The position numbers were made by a program, and so were the translations under genes. Positions 52,587-64,000 of a stretch of DNA of 64,000 bases are shown piece by piece. Every line of letters begins with the position of its first letter. The first letter of the stretch is position 1. The notes beneath the pieces are model-generated. The model was given only the letters and a program-made list of their open reading frames with translations. It was not told where the DNA came from and did not search any database. Origin of the DNA: Azolla caroliniana. Taxonomy: Eukaryota > Plantae > Polypodiophyta. The DNA lies in contig JBHGNT010000004.1 of the NCBI GenBank assembly GCA_043228905.1, forward strand, positions 186,001-250,000, in the 5' to 3' direction.

Positions 52587-54312
52587 CATCCATTCTTGAA
52601 AGTGTCTTGCCACATCAATAAACATCCAACATTCAGTTCACAATTGAACTCCTAAGTCATGGGAAGTGTCAAAATGGAGGGCCAAGATTGACAACCACCT
52701 TACCCATTCAATAGGAGTTCACAAAAAAACTTGTGCATTCTTGGAAGTGCCTAAGAGGAGATTCAATATTGACAACCACCATCTAATTTGCCCAATTCCA
52801 CGACAACTTTCAAATTAACTCATATGTCTTGAAAATGTTTTGGAGGATAAAAGGTCAATTAGAAGGTTATGTAGAATTTTCACAATGTTTAGGGTTTATT
52901 CAAAGTCTTTTTACAAAGCATTCTCATGCCTTTGCATTAAATATGCTTTAGGGAGTGTAAGTAAGATGATATATGAACTTTGTTAATTAGTAGTCGACCT
53001 TTGGCAACCCATAATTTTGGTGGTTATGGTATGGCCATGAGTTAGGGCTATGATATATTAAGGGTTAGCTACCCTTGTGCAATTTTGGACATAGTTTTCA
53101 TTGGCCATTTTCAATTGTTGCACATTGATTACAAGGGAGAAGAAGTTGTACATACCAATAGGGAAAATAAGGCAAGACAAAAACTCAAAAAGGAATCTAG
53201 ATCCATCCACTTTCATTGAATTGACCATTCAAAACGAGGTCATAGTTAGTTTCCTTTTGTTGCAAACTGAAACATTACAAAATAATGTGTTGTAAGACAA
53301 TGGGTAGCACTTGCACTCCTTTGACTCATTAGTTCCTTCTTTGACTACATTAGCTCCTATTGATAAATCCCAAGTTTGAGGTTGGGAAGACAACAAGATT
53401 TTATAACTTAGCCCAAGCAGAAAGGAGGTGAATTCAAGAGCCCCAAGTTATCGTTCCAAAATGTGCATAAAGTATCACAAAGAAGACATGCTTGAATGCA
53501 CATGACAATAGTGTGCACAAGAGGTTAAGAAACCAAGGAATTACTTTGCTAAAGCACATTGTGAAAGGCATTGCCTTATTCTTCCATTGGAAGTAATAAT
53601 TTCAATTCAAGGGCTTTATGTTGAGTTTATTGTATAGATGCTTATCTTTTGAGATCACCATTCCATCAGTTAGTAAGAGAGTCTCTCATACAAATAATTA
53701 AACATTTACATGCCAATGGCGAAATGTCGCATGACGCCAGAGTGCAAAATTCTGCATTTTGATTACACAGAATTTTAACACAACATAAGTTGTACCAAGG
53801 AAAATTATGAGTGCTTTGATAATAAGATACAATCGTAAAACAGTGACAGCAATGCCAAAGATTGATGCTATCAACTAAGTCTTATCACAGAGGGCAAGTT
53901 TGAAGATGTAAAGCAGACACCTTGTCTTCAACTAGCCTATCATAATGTTTCAATCAATATTGATCGACCAGCAAAATTTAACATATCAAACAGACTACTA
54001 CTCAATTATTTCCTACTTGTTGCAATGTTTTTTGGTATTCGATTCTTATACTCTATATTCTTTTCAATGCAAAACTTTGATGAGTGAAACTTCCTTCCGG
54101 AGGATTATTTGTCTCCATTTTTACTTTGTTTTAGAAGGTTATTACATCTTCTCAATCCTGACTTAAGGATCATAAAAACACATAGGTCCTTTAGACAGTT
54201 GTTGTAACAAACATAATGTGGCGATTGCAGAGATTGTGAAACTCCTTGTTGAATAAACATATTAGTATTTGAGGATTCCTAGTGGGTGTATATCTGTGGA
54301 AAAAACATTAAA

Positions 54313-54785
54313 TTACATCTTCCGAAGATTATCAAGACGAGCTTGTAAATCGCTGTCGATACCCATATCATCACCACTACTAGTGGCTGCTTGCGGAACT
54401 TTGGTTGCAGATGAGCTAACTGTTGTGGCAGATGAAATAGGTGCACTCACCAGCTGTTAAACAAACAAATGGATACCTCAATTCTCAAGAATCATCCGAG
54501 AAATTCACAATAAATTTTCAACAATCAGTGCAAATCAATGATATTTGCTAACATGAGAAGAAATGAATGACAATATTTTCTTACAAATGAGATGAAAGCG
54601 AGAAGCATTTTTCAATAAGATGGAAGTAATGAAAGTTTCCAGCTTCTGAAGCATTCAAGGTTCCATGAGGATAAGATGGAAGTAATGAAAGTTTCCAGCT
54701 TCTGAAGCATTCAAGGTTCCATGAGGATTTATGCCAGACGGAACAAATAAAACATTCAAGCTCAAGAATCCCATATATGCCTTGA

Positions 54786-54832
<47 letters not shown>

Positions 54833-57646
54833 AGATGGATGTAGCTCAGTTGGTAAGGTTGCCCAATGGAGACCAGGTGGTCATGGGTTCAACCCCTACA
54901 TTCCACAGTGGCATCTAGTGAATTAAGAGATATATAAGAAGTATATAATAGAGAGATGAGGAAGTTGGGTTTCGAACCCAGAACGCAGTGCTCATAGTGC
55001 TAACAACTTACCACTAGGGTAAAGTAATTACGAAAAAAAAAAGGAGAGAGAGAGAACAAAATGAACCATCTCAGCTTAGGAATAGTCCAAGATTCTGCAG
55101 TGAGTTTTTACAAAGAGATAAAAGAAATGAAATTTTTCAGCTTAGAAATCGCGGGAGAATTTATATGAATTTACAATGAGATCAAATAGATGAGAAAATT
55201 CGGGATAGACATGAAAGAAGAAATCAAACACAAAAGAAAATTTGGCTTACAGGGAATCTGAGAACACTGTTGACAAATGTTCAAATCTTAAGCTGATATA
55301 TCAATTTACAGTGAGATGAAATGTAGATTGGGATATGCCCAGGCTTCTGTCTGAATTTATGACATAAATAGATGATTTTTTGGGGCTTTGGAATCATTCA
55401 ACCTTCCATATAAATTTACAATGAGATGAAATAGATGAAAAAGTTTTGGCTTAAGAATCATCTGAGAACCCATGTAATTTATAATGTGATGAAAGAAATG
55501 AAAAGGTTCCGCAGCAGAATCGTCTGAGATTCTGTATAAATTTACAATGACTTTGATGTTTTGTCTCAGTAGTTGCCTGAGATTTCGAATGATTTACATG
55601 AACCCATAACTTAGGAATAATAAGAGAGACAAAAGAAGAAATCACACCCAAAATGATGATTTAGCTTCTGAAATCAAAAGAAGAACTCAAAACACAAAGA
55701 GAAGTTTAGCTTCTAAATCAAAAGATGATTGATTCCGATGACTCAGCTTCCAAAATTTTCCTAGAAATTTTACGTAAAGATATAATCAGAATGGTTAACC
55801 ACTTAGAAGATCCTTCTTTAACATACCTGAGTATCTAGGTCGATGCCAATTTCATCAAGGACCTGGTTGACAAGCTCATCAGTTTCCTCTTCTTCTTCAT
55901 CTCCTTCCATTGCATCATCGATGGCATCCCCCATCATCTCTGTAGTCATCTCCATCCTTTCATTCTGTCTCTCAAACTCTTGCATTATCTTCTGAATTGC
56001 TGGTAGACTCATCTGCCTATTCATCTGCCTCATCGCCTTTGTGACACCTTTCATTGCATCGGCCATTGACTGTGATGACTTCAAGGTCTATGACAAAAAG
56101 CAAAACAATCAAAAAGGACTTATACAAAAAATAGGAAGATTTGAACTACAAACTAATAACAAATTTTCTAAGAATAGACATAGTTACCACCCTTCCTGTT
56201 CTTTTACCTGAATTCTAAGCGAGACACCTTGCAACTGTGACTTCAGAGCATAGAATTTTGTAATCTGATGTCGCGTTCGAATCAAATCTTTTGCCATTAC
56301 TCTCACAGCACCCTATGTGTACCACAGTATGCCATTTAGATTTAGATATGCTTTTGTAACAAACACCTTCACCATTTAGATTTAGTTTGGGGGCATTTTT
56401 GAGTGAGTTTGGAGGCATACAAAATGACACCATACAACATGAAATCAATCCTAATGAGCGAAATGCTTGAGGAAGTAAATAGCAATAGACCTGTCAAAAC
56501 CAACCGTACAGAATATGAATTAATGGGACACTAAAATTAATCAAACATAGTGTGGATATTGAAACACGCAACGCGAAGTCAGATTTATAATCACAGCAAA
56601 TCATAATTAGCATCAAAACCATGTCAAAAGGTTTGACAGTGATCAGTGAATATTCAACGTCAAAATATGGAAGCCTAGAGCTTTCCAATACCAACAATTC
56701 TGGATGGTCTGAAGGATTCATGCTAGCATTCATATCTTGATCATCCTAAATGCTAGCAACATTCTCTCAGGCTGAAATAATTAAATAGCTGATGTACAAG
56801 ATTTGACATGAGACCATAAGAGTGGACGTGATCAACATTGAAAATTTGTCATGGAGGATAGAGGATAATAATGGATCTTCACTGGAGGAAAGAAAAACTA
56901 GGATAAAAGGCAAGCACGTAACCGATGGAGGAATAGACAATTCTGCCAATGTCAAAGAGAAAGAAATGGAGAACAACATCACTTGTTAGTTTATCAATTA
57001 GGAGGAGATGATGCACATGGATAGCCTTCAATTGGAACTTTCCACTAATCTGGTATTGATAATAAAGACCTTTATTTGTAAGTTTGAACATCTAACTTCA
57101 CTTGTGCAATCTTTGCTGTATTTGTTTCGTTTATAGAATCTTATATTTGATCATTACACTTGATTATTTTCTACTATCTAATGTGACACGCATATGTACA
57201 CGCGCAATACATATTCCATTAGACACATACATATACGCGACATTTCTCAAGTGTGAATACATGAAATGACCATGCTTCTCCAATCTGATGTCTCGAGTTA
57301 AAATGACTGTCATTATCCACCAAACATGTATGTAACTTTGAAAAGGGAGAAAGAAGAAGATAGTCACCTACCATCTGATTCTGTTTAGCTGTCTTCTTTA
57401 TCTCAACTATGAGCTTCTTCTCCTGATTCTGGAGATTCTGTCTTTCTCTCTCGATGTCTCGAATAGAGCGATCGAGCATACGCTTATTCTCTCTCAATAT
57501 ATCTGCAAAAAAGAAGAAGAAGGAGACGGAGAAAAACAATCAGGAGAGAGGGGAGGAGGAAATCGGGGAACAAAAGAAAGGAACAGAGAAGGAAGGTGTA
57601 TGGGAGAACCTGCAGGGGTTTTCTTCTTCCCAAAGATAGAACTCAT
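54313..57646 (-). CDS. VPS2: Vacuolar protein sorting 2 (ESCRT-III, CHMP2A/VPS2.1-like), 5 exons
   Basis: MSSIFGKKKTPA, ILRENKRMLDRSIRDIERERQNLQNQEKKLIVEIKKTAKQNQM, LKSSQSMADAMKGVTKAM...ELVNQVLDEIGI, and C-terminal MIM1 DSDLQARLDNLRKM*. Confidence 0.96.
54615..54727. repeat. Perfect 56-bp tandem duplication in VPS2 last intron
   Basis: 'ataagatggaagtaatgaaagtttccagcttctgaagcattcaaggttccatgagg' occurs twice. Confidence 0.9.
54829..55042. mobile_element. tRNA-derived SINE-like element with two opposed tRNA-like modules
   Basis: A box TAGCTCAGTTGG (54842) and B box GGTTCAACCC (54886) on +. A second A/B pair (CCTAGTGGTAA, GGTTCGAAACCC) lies on -. A10 tail, with (GA)n on both sides. Confidence 0.65.
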
Positions 57647-59631
57647 GATTTTATGGAAGAAGGAGGAGGAGAAAGAAGGAAGAAGGAAGAAGAAGAGGAT
57701 GGATAGGAGAGAGCAGAGAGCAGAGTGGAGCGAGCTATATAGCCTATAATGGGCCTCCTCTCCTCTCCTCTTCTCTCCTCTTCTCTCCTGTATTCTCAAA
57801 TTTGCCCACAAAAGAGCCCCAACAGAATAGAAGGTCTGAAGGACTGGATGTGTGTATGTATACTAGTATAGTGCAGGGCTCGCCTCCTCCTCAATTTCTC
57901 TGAAATTACAGAAGGGTACCCCTCTTTTTGATTAGTTAGTTATTAAGAAATGTGAATCAACCTTATATTTGACTAAGTTCTAGGTATATATGCTAGAATA
58001 GAGACCGTTCATAAAAAGTACTACCTCTAAGGACACAATACTAACATAAGCTAATTGTTACCTTGATCAAATTTACGCTTGAACAGAGCTAGCTAGTTTT
58101 GTCGTCGTTCATCGGGGAACCATATATCAACATTCAAATTGATCTTACCTAAGATTCCTCACACGTATTTTTTATAGGCTCATTACCCCCCATAGAGTTT
58201 GAGGGCACTGGGTACTCCTGAACACCTGCGCTTTATTGAATTTCTCGTGAGGCAAGAGGCGTGGGTTCCAACCAAACCCCTCTCTGGTTGCTCGTCTTGC
58301 GTGGGTTTCGTGTAGACCTACAAAATGCTTCCAAAGTGAGTGATCAAGATTCTTGAATATTCTGCATAGGATTTAAGAAATGAAGCCACTTTTGATGATT
58401 CCAATACTCCAAACATCATACACATAGAAATAACTGTTAGCTCCATCCTTGTTTGATGCACATTTACCTTGATCCTCATAATCTCCATCCAGAATATAAA
58501 ATATTCACATCAATAAAGGTGTCCCGTACTACATTTTATGTATTGATATTCATTCTTGTGGTGCTTGTCGAATTAGGGCTTGCCCACATTCAATTTTACC
58601 ACAAAAATTATGTGCATGGGATATAATTTGTACAAGGTGATTTACAAGTGTAAAATATTTATTCTTAAGGTAAATGTTTTTGTTTGGGGACTTAAAATAT
58701 ATCAATCCCAACCCATCAATGTCGAGAAGAATGTTCCATAGCCTTTTTGTCATGAATAGTTGATGCTAAAATTCCTTGAGTTATTAGTTTTCTTTCGCAG
58801 CTTCTGATGAGATGACATCATACATGTTCACAAGTATTTTAGGTCATTGACAAATGATGTTAAATACACATCCATATCCTTAACTTATCTTTTTTCTAAG
58901 ATCAATAAAGAAAGAAACAATATGAAATGAAGTCAGTACCATGGGCATAATATGTGCGTTTTGATGGATTCCTTACATAAGTTGGATTCATGACATGTCG
59001 GATTGATGTTGCCTTCTATGTCAAAGCAAAAGGCTTGGGGTTGTTGCATTTTTGTTTTAGATTAAGAGCCAATTAGGCATGTTTATTTATTATTAAATTT
59101 TGAGTGGAGGATTGGATGTTTGTCTTCCACCTTGATAGAGATAAACCTAAAGGTGACGAAGAAGGGATTTAGAAATATTGGTGTGTGTGAGGGGGAAGAT
59201 AGCGAGAGTTCACAAGGAGTGTTGGTGTGAAGAAATGCCGACATACCCTTTCACGTTGTCAACAAAGTGGGTAGTGAAGCTAATGTGCTAGTTGAGTTGG
59301 TTAATTTAGTTAACAACCTTAGCCTTGGAAAAACCAAGGTTGTTAGTTGAATACATTACTCCATCTTGTTGCAATTGTATGTTCACTTTGCTATAAAGCA
59401 ATATTTATTGCTTTCATTGTTTGGTATTGCTCGCTTAGAGTAAGAGATTGCACCTCCTGTGTATCATTCTACATGGTATCACTCTCTATAGTAATCACGC
59501 ATAGACACTTCGCTATAATACAATATTTGTTGTTTCCATATGTTTTGGTTTTGTTGAGTGTGTTTGTGTAGGCCCTACCTCGCACAATACTTATTATGCC
59601 CTACTAGAGTAGCCTAGAATGATATCATGAC

Positions 59632-59672
<41 letters not shown>

Positions 59673-60350
59673 TTTATTGGAGAATAAGAAAGATTGACGG
59701 GATGTAGCCAAGCACACAATGGTGCAGATCCAACTTCAATTTTATTGTGGTCAGTGGGTAACTTATTTATCATCAGTGTCAAAACAAAGATTCTTTGTCA
59801 TAATCTCCTCCAATGAGAAATGTGGACATAGCTTGTGCTTCCACTTGTCCATTTTAAGTCACAACACCGCATACGTGGATGAAATATAAAGTTTGATCGG
59901 TCAGAGAAGTTGAGGACGCAGATGATAAATAACACTCAAAGATAAGACTAACACAATAAAAGAGAATGCAACAAGACGTTTTTCCTTGTTTTTGAAAGTT
60001 TTGATTTACACAATCGAGTCTTATAGACCACCCTCTAATGCCAACAAATAGACACATTCGAATGTGTCGAGCAGCTTACAAGGAGGAGACCATAGCATCT
60101 TATGTTTCAAAGGCATATGCTTCGGTGTAGCAAATATCTAAAGCAATGAACTACATAAGAGTATTCCGAAATACCACGTGTCAAAGCGAGACGAACCCAA
60201 ACCGAGGCATGCTATGAATGTAGATAGAATAAAGCAAGGAAAAAATGTGTTCCTTTTCTCTCTTTTTGTTTTGAGTAGTTACAACTTACAAGATGTAGCC
60301 AAAGATTAGCTAGCTATGATGAGGCAAGAATTTTGAGTACATTGATACAT

Positions 60351-61857
60351 CTATTGGGCTTCTTCTGGACCGGGGGCCACCGGCTCCTCAACTGTCGTGG
60401 GTGAGACAATGCCCTCATTTGTGGGCGCCAATGTTGAAGAATCTTGGGTGACTGGCTCGCTAACCACGGTATCGATGGCTACAACACCTGGTGTTTGTTG
60501 GTCCTCGGTACCCTTGAACTTTTGTATGTAGTAGCTCAACGTGGGGCCATCGACTGCATTGCTAGTTTCGGTACCTCCTCCTCCACCACTTCCGAATTGT
60601 GCCACCACTCCCAATGCCAAGATCATGCTCAGAACTACCGCGATCGCCACCATTATTGTCTGTTCGGAGCCGCTCGTCGAATCGCCCGCCGTGTTTGAGC
60701 TTATCGCATTCTCCGACACATACACCGTAGGCTGCCATGAAGAAGAACAACAACAAAAAACAGCACCGTGTATATCAATATCGTGTGTGTGTGTGCGCGC
60801 ATTCGACATATGCCGATTTTGTGAGTGATTCCTTTGCAGATTTGTGTAGTTAATGTGTAAGGTGTGTGATTATCGCGTTGGGAGATGAGATGCACGGAAA
60901 ATGTGCCGAATGTATGTGCAAACCAAGTGTTTTTTAAATGTGGTTCGAGTGTGCTAAAGGCATGATCGATGTGTAAACTGCGCATTTTAAATCTGTAGCC
61001 AATGGTGTGATGTGATTAGTGAGGTGGGATCAAATGTGGAACTTGATGAGTGTTGTGATTAAGAAGGTGCTTTTAATTACTTACTTCGACCGCATAGATG
61101 TTGGTTTGGCCGGCCGTGTCTTTCTCCACGAACCCCGTCCATTTCGGGGTTGGCCTACTGACAGGAGGGAATGTCCCCAACACTTTGGTATTCTCCTCTG
61201 CTTTCCACTCCATGCTCAGCTTCCCAACCTGCATGAATCCATTTCATCAATGATTTATTGGAAGCATCAGGATATAATCATATCATATATGTATGCTGCC
61301 ATGGCGAAGCCCATGAATTTTACTAATATCGATCTAGCATTCTTATCATGACCCATTAACAGGGTAATATATATATATATAAGGGCCATCCCCCCAATCT
61401 CGTATAAGTGGTTTTGATTGATGTGCAAATCTTAATGAACAAAGCACAAGGCCGATGGATGAATGGCCCATGAGCATGCTTCTTTAATGGCACAGAATAA
61501 TAACGACAGAATTAACATAAGCAAGCATCCCACTGTAAATAGTGGCATTGATTAAGATATGCCCATTGATTCATACATTTTCCTTTTCCTTTCTGGTAGC
61601 TCAAAGAAAGAGGGGATGGATCTAAACAAACTAACCTCTTTCTCAGGAGCGCATTGCTCCTCGTTGCATTCGTCGGTGCTAGCGGATCGTGCAACATGGA
61701 GAAATCGAGGAGGGTTGTGGTGATGATGGTCCCAGCATGGCCGTCCAAGATAGCGAGTTCCCACAAATTTACTCTGCAGAAAGGGGGAGGAGGAACTAGA
61801 AGAAGAAGGAGAAGAAGAAGGGAGGAGGTGTAATGAAGAGGAGATTACTCTGATCAT
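60351..61857 (-). CDS. MPH1: Maintenance of PSII under high light 1 (thylakoid protein); exons 61857-61636, 61228-61085, 60731-60351
   Basis: Ser-rich transit peptide, then DECNEEQCAPEKE|VGKLSMEW...GTFPP...WTGFVEKDTAGQTNIYAVE|PTVYVSENAISS. One TM helix and a GPTLSYYIQKF motif, matching the MPH1 family as I recall it. Confidence 0.88.
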
Positions 61858-62514
61858 GATGATGGAACAGGATAGTGGCAATGAAATGGTTTGTGAGGAA
61901 TGCAGAACAGAGCTTAGTCTCTTCTGTGTGTGTCTTTGATTAACGTATGTGTGTGTGTGTGTGTTTTGTTTTAGATCACAAAAATGATGAAGAAATTTTT
62001 CCTTATCCTCCTTGGTACTTTTGTTTGTGGACTACCTTTTCTCTCTATGGCTAGCCTCTTTGGGTCCTTCCCTTTCTCATGTTTTTAAGTGCTCAAAAAT
62101 ATCAATCTCTCATACATACATATGTAGTATGTCCTTACCCCCGACGAGATGATAGTACGTTGTACACCACCTGTATTAGCTCTCCAGCTAGTACAAGTTG
62201 TAAGAGCAACGCATGTTTGCAAACACTCCTTGCTACTACTTACTACGTACCCCCTAAAGAACACTCTCAAGCACGTCCATGTTGTTGCCCAAGAAACCAT
62301 CGACGTGAAGTATTTCGTTGTCCACGTTGAAACCGAATAATCACCACATACGAGTGTGACTAAAAGCGACGAGGAAAGCATCGAGGTCCATGGAAATGAT
62401 CGTGGAAGCATCCCACTAACGGTGTGTGGAGTAATCCACGACGTCAACCAAAAAGATATAAGATCTTTTTGTTTATTTCTTGTTACACATAAACAACCAT
62501 AAGTCATTTTGACA

Positions 62515-63310
62515 ACCTTTTTTTTTCCAAAAAAAACTCCTTCCATTAGTTATAAAATTTTACAAATGAGACGATTATGTACAAATCCCTGAAGGGACAC
62601 AATAGTTCCATCTTATGTGGATGCCCACTGACTAAAGAAAGGGAGAGGACGACCATTGTTGGATGAAGGCTATTTGTTGTCTTTTCAACTCCCTCGGAGC
62701 CGCCCTTAAGGCCATCATATTGGCTCTTAAGAGTGGCTACAATTTCACTCCATATCTCTTGCAGTAACCTTGTTGGATGTGCGGTTTGGTTGGAGAAGAC
62801 TCGCCTACATCGTTGTTTCCATAGAATCCAAAGAGTTATTGGATTGACCAATTCCAACGCCTCTTGAGATTTGTCATTAAGAGGAGTGGAGTGGACATTG
62901 CCGTTGGAGGAGAAAAAGACCTCTTGTGCTTTTATCACCAAAGTCATCCCCTCCTCCTGATGCTCGTATCTGCCAATTGCGGCCTGCCATGATAGCCAAC
63001 ATATATTTCCCCACTTGATTGAGCCTTGCAACTAGCATAATTGCAACAAGCGGCCAACCCCTCGCCATATTCGATGGGACGTTGGGCAACCCCACAGAGC
63101 GTGTCGTATTGATTCTACTGCATGTGGGCACTCTACACAATTAGAAGAGCTAAGGTTCCCACATTGCCATGCTCCCACCGGTAGGGACTTATGTATTAAT
63201 AGCCATTGGAACGTCACGGTAATTCGCCTCGCATGTTGTTGTTCCCACATCGACCAAATCAGTTCAAGCTGGCTAAGTCGGATAAGCCGTTTAGGAACTT
63301 GAGAGAGTGG
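62515..63310 (-). mobile_element. L1-like LINE 3' end (zf-RVT region)
   Basis: CVECPHAVESIRHALWGC zinc finger, TLWILWKQRCRRVF motif, a frameshift and an A-rich tail near 62520. Confidence 0.8.
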
Positions 63311-64000
63311 GAGGGAGACAACAGACAAGGGGGGGGGGGGGGAGAGGGAGAGGTTTGGAAACCGGTTTCCAAGCCGTTTACCAAAACGGTTCACAAACCG
63401 GTTTAGGTTTGAGATCCCCAAAATGGGATCATGATGCCAAACCAGTTAAGCCTAAACTGAACCGTTGTCGATCCCTACTTGAGCCCTCGACAAATGTCAC
63501 ACCATGCCTTCCACATGGATGCACTGAATCTATCCTCCAATTGGCGGGAGAAACTAGGTTTGAGATCCATGTTTAGAATCCATTCCGTTTGGGGGGCCCA
63601 ATCAACCCCTTTTCGTGGCCTAAAGTAAGCGAAACGTAACCTCGATAGTCATTTCTTGGTTGGAGTCCTCGCACCACAAATTTGGCAACATTTCGACAAC
63701 CTTGAGATATATTGCAAATTACATGCGTAAATACCTTGAGCATAAGTATTTGAAACAAGCTAATGAAAGAGATGTACAACTATCCACGCCCCTGGAGATA
63801 TACGGTTCATATCGACGTAACTCCATGTCAACTTGTCTTTTTGCTTTAGACGAATATCAATGCTTCTAAATTTTTCTGTTGTCCGTTGTTGTTTCTTCTT
63901 GTGATTTACATTAGAGAATTTTCCTGTTTTGAAGCTACTCACATGACTTTTCGGTGATTAGTTTTGTTGTTCTCTTTTCAATCTCTTCACTAGGGTTAGA

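Noticed and set aside
54836-54905. Functional tRNA gene
   Set aside because: A and B boxes are present, but I could not fold a proper anticodon arm and there is no poly-T terminator. The context is SINE-like.

Overview
AT-rich land-plant nuclear DNA, probably a fern or other non-seed plant (inference from protein divergence and LINE content). It holds two tandem oleosin genes, the second with a CGA->TGA nonsense change, and an intronless LRR receptor-like kinase. Five intron-containing minus-strand genes follow: a type-A cytokinin response regulator, a bHLH+ACT transcription factor, CDC27/APC3, VPS2 (ESCRT-III) and MPH1. Intergenic DNA and introns carry decayed L1-like and RTE/RTEX-like LINEs, a solo LTR with an intact 5-bp TSD, a small element with two opposed tRNA-like heads, microsatellites and (TTAGGG)n tracts. 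I found no clearly new multi-gene system. The best leads are the double tRNA-headed element, the atypical kinase, the LINE family associated with (CT)n tracts, the truncated oleosin and a GC-AG intron in CDC27. Exon boundaries were read by eye, and family names rest on motif recognition, not database searches.
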